This document shows, piece after piece, positions 13,101 through 25,990 of a stretch of DNA of 64,000 bases (the stretch's first letter is position 1; every line of letters begins with the position of its first letter). This DNA comes from Psilocybe cubensis. Its lineage: Eukaryota. The notes beneath the pieces were generated by a model. It did no database searches. It had not been told where the DNA came from and saw nothing but the letters and a program-made list of their open reading frames with translations. The position numbers and the translations under genes were made by a program. Location of the stretch: the NCBI GenBank assembly GCA_017499595.2, contig CM038999.1, positions 3,720,001 through 3,784,000 on the forward strand. Reading direction: 5' to 3'.

Positions 13101-16100
13101 TCCTCCATTAACGACTCCCAGGCTTTTTGTACAGGTGGCGCGTCTGCCATGGTTGATTTGAATAAGAGATGATCTGAAGTGTTATCCAAGAAATTTTCAA
13201 CAGCATTGTAAAGCTGCGTGTCGTCCAAAATATCTTGAGCTCCACCACCAGAGGTCAGCCACTCCTTCGTTGTTGACAGAACTTCGCTCCGTTTGTTTAT
13301 CACCTGCATATATTGAGCAATCGTGGGCGACGAGCCTGGAGGTTGAGCAGAAATATATATTTTTCTTAAAAGCTAAAAAAACATCAGTAAATTGGGTTAT
13401 ATTGTCGCAAAACAACCATACCTCAAAGAACACAAATGGCGTGACAAAGCTCCGGAAAACACTCCACCAAACCTTCGCGAACTCGGCTCGATCAACAACC
13501 AATTCTCTTGTCATTCCCTCTCGCAATGACATTTCTCCGTTATCGTCTGCAACTGACACAGAAATTTTGTCCAGCCCGTGCACAAGAACATTAACGAGGG
13601 TGTTCAGGGTTCCTGCTTGAACAATCACCCGTAGCGGAGGGTCCGACGATGGCTCAGCCGTAACAAAATTGGCGCGACTGAGGTGCGAAACTGTTGGCAA
13701 GGAACTTCGGCGAGCTATACTAGTTTTGCGATCAAGTCCCTGGGACGAACTTGGCTTGACACGAATGGATGGGTTACGGCTAACAGATTTTTCTACCCCA
13801 TGATCAGTAACCGTGCTTCCAGGACGAGAAGAAATGCGCGAAGAAGTTGGGCGGGAGTTAGGTGCCGACTCGAAACCACCGCTCTGGACAACCAACAAAA
13901 GTTCACCCTGATACACCGAAATCACCGTGCCGCCTTGTCCCAAAATAAGACGTTTTGTAAAGTCTTGTTTGACATCAAAACCAAGAGGCTGTCGGCCTGC
14001 TTCCTGACGCAGTTGAGCGTCCAGACTGCGAAGGTATTGCAGATCTGTGTTGTCGCTGTCATACCGCCCTCGAACTAGTTTGGATCGGTCGATGAGAGTG
14101 ATGGTTGGCAAAGGTTCGGGGAATAATAATGGGACAAGGGATGTTGATGGTGTTTGTGATGATGTCCTGGTCCAAAAGAATGGCTCAAAAAGACCTTTCC
14201 TCCTTGGTTCAGCAGCAAGAGACAGGGACATGAATTGCTCCACTCTACAAAGTCATTAAATATTAATTATTAGAGTGAATGAACAAAAACGCACCTTTGG
14301 AATTTGACAGCTAATCCACTCGTCATACCCCCCTGAGCAGCAGTATCACGCCAATACGCCACCAAATTTCGTAGATCGTCTCCGATATCATTCTCTGAAA
14401 TGTAGGTCTTCCTCGGGCAGAGCAAAAACGACTTGCGAAAAGTTTCGAATAATGACCTGGCCTTGGTCACATGACCCATTGGTATCATCGCTTCCCCGTC
14501 GCCAGTGGCTTTCGCTATTTCGTGATTTAGACGAATTTTGACATCCCCACCCCAGACTGTAGCGGCTGGTTGGGAAACAGACGGAGGTCCGTCTTCACCA
14601 ACGTAATTGGCCCAAGACTCGATGGCAGCTAGCGCTTGAGGGTCCACCCTTTTCCATACCTTGTCCAAGCGAGCAACAGGACGAGAGCAGAGGGCAGCGC
14701 TTATGGCTTTCCAAGAGCACTCATCACCCGCAGTGCGACAAAATTCGCCGATTCTTGCCCATACAGATACCAGCTCTGATCTGGAATGTGTCCGTGAAGT
14801 TTGAGTGTTGCCACGGTCTTCAGACCGACGCGCAGGTGAAGATAGATGTGCAGGTATTTGACTGGCGTAGCTATGTCCGCTCGAATTATCCGTCCCAAGA
14901 ATTTGTAGTAGTACCATTTTCGTGAGCCAATGAGGGTGATCATCGCTTCCAAAGAGAGATGCGAATGATTCAGAAGAACTTGAAGCGTTGTCGTTTTCGT
15001 CTTCAGACCGAGTTGGTGTGCCAGTAATAAATTCGACGGTGATATTGTCGGGGCACATGTCTAAGACGGAACGATGGAAGAGCGCTAAACTCCTTGCAAC
15101 GAGATATGGGTCTAGTCTGAGCAAAAGGTCTCTTGTTAACCCCTCCTCTTGTAAAACGCTCCATGGGAATCGACCGTTGGGAGGAGCCAATCCTTGCCTT
15201 GAAGAATGTGATGGAGGAAGGGGTGAAAGTGCCTCTAAAAGAGATATCATTTTTGCACCACCTTCAGGTCGCGGAGAAAACATATGGACATGTGGAGATC
15301 CATCGCTTGGTGCAGGAGAAGCTTGGTATACTGCCTTGGACGAGGGAGTTACAGGAACAGCAGAAGAAAATTCTGGCCCTTCGCAACTGAGAACTACATC
15401 AGGAATGGTATCACGCTTCCAGTCATCCCAAGCCGCCGCGTCGGCGGGTTGCCCATGACATCGAAGATATTCGGTGGCAAGCCATGATACCCTAGACTTG
15501 GCTTCTGCCTGAAAAGTGTCTTCTGCTCCACTGACGAGATACGAACAGCATCTCAAAAATTCAACTTCGAAGATTTGTCGGCCAACGACCACAGGAACGG
15601 AAACAATGACGGAAGCAGAAAACTCTTGCCACCTTTGCTTTCCACCCTCTTCCGACGAGGCTTCGGTGTCTGCAATTGAGAAAGTAGTCGCGAAGACAGC
15701 TTCGTGAGTAAGGGCCTCAAATGTGCCTTTTTCAACATTGCCGGATGCATCAAGTATCAGATCTGGGTGAGTCTTTCGTCCCCAATAAGCGCGTTTTTTG
15801 CGAGCCATAGCGACTGGGCCACCATCGTCTTTAGCCTTGCCTTTCCGCGAACGGCCAGACCCGTCCAAATCTTCTGATTGAGCATTTGAAGATTCGGCAT
15901 TGTTATCGTCATCGTTGTCCTGTTCTGATGGAGGAACTAATGTGGTTGGGAAAAGGTCTCGAATACCATTTGCTCGATCTCCTGGTGGTTTATAGAAATA
16001 CAATTTTGATCCTTTGAGCTCGAGTTTGAAGGGCTTCCACCCTTTAGATAAAGGCAAATTTGCCTGGTTAAAGTTCGCCGGAACGTCGGCAAGTCTGTTT

Positions 16101-17246
16101 ATAAACCCGCTGTGATATAGGATTTGGGACGACCGCTTTGGATCCATCTCGTCCTTCTCGTCTTTGTGTTGATCGGGCTCGACGATTGTCGGAGGAGGCA
16201 GAAGTGTGGTAGCACGATGAGAAGCAATAGGAGATGGCGCAACATTTGATTCCTGCTGAGGTTTACTTTGGTTGACCCCACCGAAACCGAAATTGAAAGT
16301 AGGACGAGTAGGCGTTCCTTGGAAAGATTGGTCTCCATCTCTCCCATCATGGTCCCTTTCATTCGCGCGTTGAGGACTAGGAGGATAGCGTGGAGTAGCT
16401 AGTTTTGAAGACTGCTTGGGTGTGAAAGAATGCGAACGTGTGCGGACATGAGTTGGAGAGGAGCTCAGGGGTACTGAATCCTGATCTGGGGCAGGAGCTT
16501 CGATAGAAATGGAGACTGCAGGAAGCGTAGCACTGCGTGGAGGAGACGTCGATGGAGATGGATCAACGGTGGGGAACGGATGATGTCCGTTATATATGCT
16601 GCCTGCTGAGGTCGGGCTTGAAGGAGAGACAGCGCTAGCAGCACTGTCACTTCTACTGCGGTATTCTGCCACTCGGTCTTGAAATGACGTCTTGATAGGA
16701 GAAAAGAGTGCTGGAGAAACTTTGCTCAAGTCATCCGCTGAACGCGACCATGCTTTCCTTGAGGTATTTCTGAGGTCTCCGAGTGCTGCTGGCCGCTGAT
16801 TTGTTGGGCTTGAGGGCGTGCTGGGAGTTTGAAATCTCGAGAGTTCAAGAGACCCAGGAGGCCTGGCTGAAAGGTCGAGAACAGAGCTGAATTGAAAGAC
16901 AACAGCATGAACAAAATATGATCAACGTCAGGTTATGCACGACTCACCGACTAGCCCCTCCTGCATATGCATCCATTATTGGCCGAGGGTCCGTTGGGCG
17001 AGAAATCTTATGCTTTCGACTACCAGTGCTAGCGTTTGGCTTGAATTCGGGGGGCGATGTCGGCACCTTCGATGCAGATGCGCTCCGACTGAACCATTTC
17101 GAAGGTTTCGATAGAAATTGAGTGAATCCGGACGAGGGGGACGTCGAACGTGGATGTTGTACTTGCAGGGAAGAGGATGGTCCATTCGGTGTCAAAGATT
17201 CTTGAGGAGCCAAGTTATTGGGCGAGAGACCGCGACGTGGTGCCAT
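10172..17246 (-). CDS. Bem2-like multidomain RhoGAP (N-terminal PH-like, RasGEF-like region, PH, C-terminal RhoGAP); multi-exon
   Basis: PH-like GWKPFKLELKGSKLYFYKPP and second PH SYTFQLDTEDGGHYLLQATSKRDMTKWLETI. RhoGAP hallmarks: VFGVELEFL, VPVIIEQCL, GIY|RIAG (arginine finger across an intron), DVHAICDLVKSWFRVLPEP, NHMTAEALAIVFSPNLL. RasGEF-like segments WKAISAALCSRPVARL and LVNFDKRR. First intron 16947-16887. Confidence 0.85.
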
Positions 17247-18817
17247 TGCGGCAATAGATCGTATTCTTCGTTTCGTAAAAAGAGTGTCTTTGGAGGATGT
17301 TGAAGGATGTTTTGGAGACTCCTCTGCGGATATGTTGGAAATATCGTGTCACTTTTGTGAACACGTCGACCGTTCAATGGATTGGCCCAACCCCCTGCAT
17401 AAAAAATGTCAGTAACGGTAGTTATCGCGATAAAAAGCGCGTACAATGGCTATAGCCTAGTCGTACACGACAGAAAGGTAAAAGTCATGAGTGACCGGGA
17501 TTAAGAGAGGGCTATCAACAAATCGGTGTTATTTGCTATGTACAGTTCCCTTCAAACCTCTTTTGATTTCCGACATCCATCACGCTTCCTACTCCGAAGT
17601 CCATTTGTATTCAGATAAGGACCATCTGTCAATCTTTTCTCACTTGTACTTTCGACATTTTCGTTCTCGATAGGAGCTCGAGCATCAATAGGGTAATTTA
17701 CCTGACCTATAATGGTGCGGAAAAACGGTATCTAGCTTCAACTGGGTCGACTAGAGGACAATAGCTATTGAAACGCCGCTGACGTACACAACTTAACGAC
17801 CCGTCTGCCAGGTTACGTGGCTCTGGTTTGACGCTTAAGTCTCAAGAGAAGCACCGAGTGAACGCGGGTCGCCAGATAAGTAGAGAGAGGATGTACCACA
17901 GAAGAGCCCTCACCCACGCGCGCTCCGAATAGCAAGTCAAATTTCAATTGCGCTGTCAACTGCTCCTGTCACTGGCGAACCTCAAAGCGGGTCAGCACAG
18001 TACTTGGACCGCGTTATTTTTGCCTGTGATGCTCGCCCGCCTCATCTCCCCGCACAACACCTACGGCCGGAAGGACATGTCAACAACAGATTCTATTTCT
18101 GCCAGCCAGCCTAGCTTCCTGCATTGCTCGCTACATGCCAACAAGCCGCTGCCGCGATCGTACTAGTTCAGGAACCTGCAAGGAGATAATTTTTTGGCCT
18201 AACATGATATGGCTTTTGAATCATTCCTACTTATTTCTTGATGCTCCCTTGGAACCGAAATGTCCTCAAGACAACAAGGTCGAACCACCCCGTATATTCT
18301 CACATCAAGCAGGATTAAAATGTATCGGGCAATGTGGCCATTTAGACGGTTCTTACGACACAAAAGGGGGAAGGTAATGGGGCCTTGACAGTGAGTTTTA
18401 ACCACGTAACATTCTATGGGACGTGTTCAAACTATCTGTGCCTAAGATAAAATTATGTAGTGTTCAAACACAGATTTGCGGCTCGAGACTATATTCGGTC
18501 GAAAGATTCTTTATTTTGCTGAAACAGTGCAGAATGCGTTTTATGTGACGATGGCGCGACACCTACCCATCTTGCGCAGTCCTAAGGACGATTTATAGCT
18601 CAGTCGAACATTAAACTTGCAACCTCATGCTCCATTGACAACCTCGCATGTTCATCTAACATTTAAGCGCTTCCTCTCAAAAAGTACCCAAAATTTCTAT
18701 TAGTATTAGGCGTCAACGCGTCACTCATCAGAATTAATCGGTACAAAGAATTTGTTGCTAGCCTATCCCATCATTTGCTCACTAAACTGAATTTGAATGG
18801 CCTTAACTAGAGAAGCA

Positions 18818-20474
18818 CTATTTTTGCGAGTTTCTCATGACGGTCAGGACAGAATCCCATCGACGACGAGCGACTTCGTCTTGCTTTACTTGCCATCTTC
18901 CACCAAATCCACGACAACATGGAAGGATTGTGGCCAAGAACTTTCCAATGGGTTCGTACCGTCTAGCCGACGGTATCGAGTTTCCAACGTAGAAATATGT
19001 AATATTCCTATTAATGTGACCTTGTTTGATGTCGCGGGGGATATCGCTCGCAGGATTGAACACAATTGCCAGGTATTCTAGATCGGGGCACTTCAGTAAA
19101 AGATGGAGTAAACCGCTATATGTGATCCCCGATGGCATGTACCATCCCTCCAGAGGCCCAAGCCGTAAATGGCGTAGCCTCGGCCACGCATCCGCCATAG
19201 AAGTTATATCTGAATCGCGGAGGTCAAACACGCATAGCATGTCCAACTCAAGAGTAGTCAAGTTGGGGAAGTTCAACAAAGGGGACAGAACGAAGCAATT
19301 AATGACGACCGTTTCATCTAATTTACGACTGTGACCGTGCCTGGAATTAGTCGACATCTGTTTAAACGCGATTTGATGAACATTGGTCCATCGAGAACTT
19401 CCCATGGATAAAGCTGTGAGGGATTGTATCACATCTTGAGCGCTGAATTCGTTGCTTAATTCCACCACCAATTTTCGAATTTGCAACGGAAGCAGGTATC
19501 GCATGAGAGTGGCGAACGTAGAAAGCTTCGTTTCTCGGATGAATAGATCTTGTAGTTCTGGAAATGGCTGCTTGTTCTGTGTAAGAGAATGCCTTTTCTC
19601 CAATCCAGCCACAATTTCCTGTGAGTTGTGCGGTAGATGCAATTTAAGAAGGTGAGGAAGGGATGATAAATAGCCGATCGCTTCGGTATTGAGAATATGA
19701 GGACCACACGCCAACCCCCGGAGATCCTCCATGGCTAACACCAATTGAGAAAGAGCAAAATAGTTTTCTACAGCTGGATGTCTTTTTATGCCTTGGAAAG
19801 AATCTAGGTCAAGTTCTTGCATATTGAGCGCGTGTTTCTTGATTATAGGGACTAGTTTATCCATGTTGTCGGTGGAATGACTCCAGTACAGCGATAAGGA
19901 GACTTGTTTTGATTCTAAAAATATATCGAGGCAAAGAGATGCGTGTTGTATCGTGGAGAACTCTACATGTTGTAGACGTGGGAAGAGGGGAACTTCTTTG
20001 TTTTGCCTGATATTCCAGAGGACGCGTATTATCATCAAATCATGCGGCGGTGCGTCACTCGGCGATATTCTATACCAGGTATAAGGAACATAATTTAATC
20101 GACGTATACGTTTGGCGTAGAAATAGAATCTTGCTTCTTCACCATGTGTTAAGTTGTCTTCAACCAACAGTTGCTAATATGAAGTTGAATGTTAAACCTG
20201 GTCTAATGGATCCCGAAAGTGTATAAAACAAACTTACGAGTGTTTTATCAAACCCTGATCCCCCTTCTTTCCATAGATTACATGGCAAGGTCTTTATCAG
20301 GGGTACAAGGCTTGTTTGAGTGCCCCAGAGGATGTCCAAAGCAACTTCAAGGAAATCTTGACACGTTAACCCCACTGAGAGCAAATCACCCCTCGAATGT
20401 GGCCCTTCCCTGCTCTCGAAGAGATCGGTGAGTATCAAGTCGAGGATTTCGGTGACTTGAAGGCAATGATGCAT
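18818..20474 (-). CDS. Agaricomycete-type F-box/LRR-like protein (exons 20474-20238, 20173-18818)
   Basis: N-terminus MHHCLQVTEILDLIL...LLSVGLTCQDFLEVALDILW...LVPLIKTLP, then RFYFYAKRIRRL, LFPRLQHVEF and LRR-like WPRLRHLRL and CPDLEYLAI. The 64-nt GT-AG intron 20237-20174 joins the frames. Confidence 0.8.
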
Positions 20475-21318
20475 AGGCCCGGGCGTGTCAATGATAGAGG
20501 CGGTTGATCTGTAGAACGGTAGAAGGGTTGGATCCTTATAAGATGGCTTATAGTCAATCTATTATACCAGTCTGTATGGGATGCCAAAGGATATTTCGGC
20601 TGTGTTAACAGTTACAGGCTATGATTAACGTCTCAGTGTCACAACATGCCGATCTGTTACTGAGAGAAAAATGCGTACATTTGCTCAACGGGTTTGGCAA
20701 GTGCCATCTCATAGGTGATAGGTACCTCAGAGCACGTATATAGTAAACCAGATGTTTCCCATAACCACTGGGCAAGAGAAGGTTCTAAAGATGTTCATAA
20801 AGACGTACGGCCTGATCATGAGGTGGAAAACAGCAATTGCTAGCAAAGCGGCGGTGCATGGTACACTGCATTGGTTGCCAAAGCATGTGACTGACATTGG
20901 ACATTTCGACATTTCTCATTGGGACTCGTGAGTCTGTTGGAATCAAATTCCCAACAAGTATCGCAATTAACCTGGCGAAGCGACGTCGAAACCGAACACA
21001 GGGTACAGATAGTAGTATTCATATAATGAATTATACAAGGTTTCGTCTTTGTGAATCTTTGGGCTGTGTAAAAGGTGTGTGGTTTGATCATCCCAAGATT
21101 TGCGTCACGAACTGACCATGATACTCAAAAGCTCGCAGCTTCTCCAGTTGAAAGCAGCCTTGTCACCGTCCACTTTTACGGTCAATCATCATGGTTGACT
21201 CTCCCATCGAAGATAATCACGACAATGATGCTACACCTGCTCGCATCTCTAGACCATCCTCTGTCGCAGATCATGAAGTGCGTAATGACGGTTGCCAAAG
21301 GCCTAGACTGATTTGACA

Positions 21319-24300
21319 ATGATACATACTCAGGGCTCATTGAGGCAGAGCGTAAATGTAGCATTAGTCACCGAATCAAGTTCGAACATTGACGAAATCG
21401 ATGTATGCATGGATCCAGCTTTCTCTGTCAAAAACTAATTAACAGGCCGTTTTGCGATAGATATTGATCAGCAGCGAAGAAGAAGCCATTGAAGTCGTCG
21501 GCTTTGCATCTTGGCTTATGGCGGAAGAAAAAGCAAAACAGTCACTTTCGGCCCTCAATACTGCCATTCATCTATTTCGGCGAGTCATAGACCACCGTTT
21601 GCCAACACACCCTCTCTATTCAGACGCATTGCACAATCTTCAGTGCGCATTGGTTACTCGGACGACGCACACTGGTGAATTGTCCGATTTGGCGGAAAGT
21701 ATGCGCCTCCAATTAGAGCCACACTCAGGTACAAACGACATACAACATGAAGTAAGTAATGCACATTAAATTCCTGGAAATTTTATTTGTTAAAGGCTGA
21801 GACTGCTGCAGGACAATACCCCCTCGGGTCAACTTGAAGAAGACGACGATGATGTGAAAGCTATGGAACGAGTTGCCAATATTCTGTTATCAGAATTCAA
21901 CCGATCGATATCTTTTGTCGTTTGCGACACGGTTATCTTCCTCCTCAATCAGGCCCTTCCACATCTGGCGTCACTGCATGATACTCGGTTGACAGCTTGC
22001 AGTACACTTGCTGAAGGGCTATATGCTCGACATCATCATCACGCTCGTTCAGTGACTAGTGACCTAGACGCAGCAATTTGTGCCCTCGATGACGCTCTCA
22101 AAATTTGCAAAAACGAGGATCAGGAACGTGAATTAGTCATGAAAGTCACCGAGTTGTTATTTCAACGATTCCTTATTGCCGGGAATGCCTCTGACATGGA
22201 GGCGATTATCCCTTACCTGATGAAACTGATTGCTCAAGAAAAGAATGCTCCAGACGACATGTTTAGATGTGCGGTACAATTTCAAGAACTATTTGAAGAC
22301 ACGGGCAACATAAACCATTTGGATACCTCCGTCCAGTTCTACAGGAAAGGTATGAGACAGCTACTCGAAGGAAGCGACGACCTTACTCGTTGGATCACCA
22401 ACCTGGCTTCTGCCCTGTTGACCCGGTTTAAGCACAGCGGTCAGGAAAGTGATCTTGAAGAAGCTATATCTCTGTACAGAACGGGCCTTAAGCTGCAACC
22501 GTCGCACCATCCCCTTCGACCTTTGACTCTCAACTATCTAGCATGTGCTCTAATTGCTGAATTTGAGCATGGAGTTCCGAACAACATCCTGGATGAAGTT
22601 ATTACTCTGTACAGAGAAGTCCTAGGACTGTTACCACTGCTCGATCCCTTTCGAACCCTAATTCAGATTAGCCTAGCAAATGCACTGTGTCTCCGCTTTT
22701 CGGGGGAAAACGGACAGCAGAGTGATATTGATGAAGCAGTTCGGATATTTAGACAGGTCCTTGAATTGCAACCTGAAAAATCCTCGTCTCTCGAGAATGT
22801 GGCAAGCACATTGTGGTTGCGATTTCAGAAAGGACGTCAACAAAGCGACCTTGATGAAGCCGTTACATTGCTCAAACAAGCTCTCGACCTTCGACCATGG
22901 CCTGATTCCGAACGATTCTCTTCTCTCAACAATCTTTCCTGTGTGCTGTGGATGCGATTTGGCTGAGTGGTCAGAAAAGCGACCTGGATGACGCAATTTC
23001 TATAATCAGGCAGGCACTTGAACTGACACCATCTCCACATCCAGGCAGATGTGCTTCTCTAACCAATCTGGCCACTTTTCTCTCCACCCGCTATACCCAA
23101 GGCGGTCAGCAAACTGACCAGGATGAAGCTGTCTCTTTGGTTAGGGAAACTCTTGAATTACAACCAGTTCCTCATCCCGAGCGATTCAAATCTCTCGACA
23201 CGCTGGCTAGCATGTTGACGTATCGATTTGAGCGGCAATGTGGTCAGAGAGCCGACCTTGATGAAGCCATTTCTCTACAGAGACAAGCTCTTGAACTTCA
23301 ACCATCAACCCATCCCGATCGAGTTAACTTGCTCAGCAACCTGGCGGTGGCTTTGAGTGACCGTTTTAAGGAAGATTGTGTCCTAAGTGACCTTGATGAA
23401 GCAATATCGACTTATCGGCATGTTCTCGAACTCCAAACGTCATCTCATCCTTTCCCACACTCGATTCTTCGTAATCTAGCCAAGGCCTTGCTGACCGGGT
23501 TTGCGTCACGCAAGCAGAAAAGTGAACTCGACGAAGCGATTTATATTTACAGGGAGGTTCTTGAACTGCGGCCACTTCCCGATCCCAACTGATCTATGTC
23601 TCTGTGATCTAGCAACTGCACTATGCACCCGATATGAGCATGGAGGCTCCAACGACGATTTTGAAGAAGCAGTGAGGTTGTGGTCCAGTGCCGTACAGTA
23701 TCGCTTCCAATCTTCTCCCATGGCGCTTTCTATCTGCACCAGGTGGATAATTTACGCCAAAAGCTGCCATACTTCGCTACTGGCTGCATACGACACTGCG
23801 TTACAAATCCTGCCCAAAGTTGCCGCTTTATCTTTGACTATGGAATTACGTCACCATGCATTAGATTTAGGAACCGATGGCTTAGCTAGAGATGCATGTC
23901 AATGCGCAATCCAGGCAGGATCATTTTCCAAGGCTGTCGAATTGTTAGAAGCCGGAAAAAGTGTCTTTTGGGCCCAGGTCCTCTCTCTTCGATCACCGTT
24001 TGATCGACTGTGCGCCATACAGCCGGATTATGCGAAATTTGCACATAGGTTACAAATTATCGCTCGGGAACTTGAGACGGGCTCACAGAGGAACGTTTCC
24101 GCCGATATTTTGGACAACCGTACCAGATTGTCTATTGACGAAGAATCGTCTCGCCTTAATCGCCTCCACGAAGAATGGGAAGAAATAATACTCAAAGTGA
24201 GGGGCTTGCCAGGATATGAAGATTTTCTCCGTCCTCCCTGCTACTCAACGCTCAAAACAGCAGCATCGAATCATCCTATTGTACTTCTCATCGCCAACTC

Positions 24301-25509
24301 GGACGAAAGCCACTGCCTCATTATATCAACAACCCAACATCATATCGGGCTTCCAGACATGGGCGCGCAATTTTTAAGTGGACTTGTCTATCTAGTTCGT
24401 ATGGCTGTCTCTGATCTGCCAACATCACGATCTATGCATGATGGCATGCAAAATATTTTACTTGAGTCTGAGGTAGGGCGTTTTATAAGGCGGGGAATTA
24501 GCTTCCAGGATGATGGTGATATTCCACCCGACTTGACTTTGAAGATAGTTCTCGTAATTCTTTGGGAAATGCTGGTTAAGCCTGTCATTGATCTACTTGA
24601 TATCAAGGTCGGCTATTTCTCCCATTAATATTTGAACGTATTCAGACAGAAAATTTGCAGAAGTCAGATAATCCGCCCATTATTCAATGGTGTGCAACTG
24701 GCTATTTTACTTTCCTTCCTATACACGCTGCGGGCATTTATGCAGATGACAATTCGGTCATCGACTCTGCAGCAGATTACTTCATATCTTCTTACACTCC
24801 AACCATTGGGATACTGATCCCAAAGCCGTCCCCTACCCCACCCACCTTTAAGATGATGGCTGTTATACAGCCGCACGAGTTGCCATCGACCAATTTGGAC
24901 TTGCAAAAAATCCAGGACCATGTACCCCACGATGCTCTTATTTCGATGGGGATCCCTGGATCTCCTGCCTCTGTCGAAACCGTTGCTTCGCACCTCTCAG
25001 AAGTATCCATCGCTCACTTTGCATGCCATGGTCACCAGAATCCGTCCCAGCCACTGGACAGCTGGCTCAAGCTTGATGATGGTCAACTAAAGATCTCGAG
25101 GATTATCAAGGAAGAAATGCTCAATGGTGGATTGGCATTTCTTTCTGCTTGCGAAACTGCTATGGGCGACAAAAAACTGCCAGACGAAGCTATGAGCTTG
25201 GCTGCCAGATTATTATTTTGTGGATTTAAGCGGGTTGTCGGTACTATGTGGTAAGCTCAGCGACCATTCAAAGATGAGGCGGGACTCCAATTGGAATAAT
25301 GTGCGTCCAGGATGATCAAGGATGAAGATGGGCCCGTCGTCGCCGATGCGTTTTATCGTGAACTCTTCCGTGGTCCTAATGGTGAGAAGACAGACATTCC
25401 TAATGTGTCCAAGTCAGCATATGCTCTTCATGCTGCCGTCAAAGAGCTACGTTCGCGAAATGTTTCGTTCCGTAGATGGGTTCCTTTTATTCACATGGGA
25501 CAACGTTGA
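21319..25509 (+). pseudogene. TPR-repeat + CHAT (caspase HetF-associated) protease gene, disrupted in the TPR array or rescued by splicing; 5' start uncertain
   Basis: CHAT motifs WCATGYFTFLPIHAAG, YFISSYTPT, AHFACHG (His), AFLSACETA (Cys), VVGTMW|MIKD and WVPFIHMG. Introns 21403-21460, 21752-21811, 24608-24660, 25251-25310. Lesions inferred from the repeat consensus: 1-nt loss at about 22960 (CGA TTT GGC TGA), TGA at 23590 where CGA is expected, 2-nt loss at about 23603. Confidence 0.85.
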
Positions 25510-25990
25510 CCATCTGGGAGACGTAGAGGAGGACTGATAGGTGGTCTAGTTGTTCGTGTTGTCTCAGTATCGACGTCTGGATGCCACTAAATTATACTGA
25601 ACCCAGGAGATTACTGTGTAATATCTTGACCACTGAAACATAAGTACGCCAGTTCCAATCGTGATGGACAATTCAAGGGTATGAAAAATGCTCTATAAAG
25701 TCGGACCCGCCGTCTATCGTGTTCTATTGCAGAATTTTCTCGCGGTTCTGACTGGAAATTTTTCTATATCAAACCTCACTGAATGTCAGCATATAGTATT
25801 CATGACACCCACAATGCTTGTTTTCTTCCGGGTGGATTTAGTGAAAGCTTGTTGTCGTTTACACCAAACGCAATCGCAGTCAAATATATATGAGTGTAGG
25901 ATTCAGATACAATAGTATCATCACATGAAAATAAAAACAAAACACAGAAAAATGCAAGAGCGACACAATTGACAAAGCCTTTACATACAC

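Noticed and set aside
23590-23592. TGA as an A-to-I editing or readthrough site
   Set aside because: The repeat consensus calls for Arg (CGA), not Trp, and the flanking frameshifts would remain.
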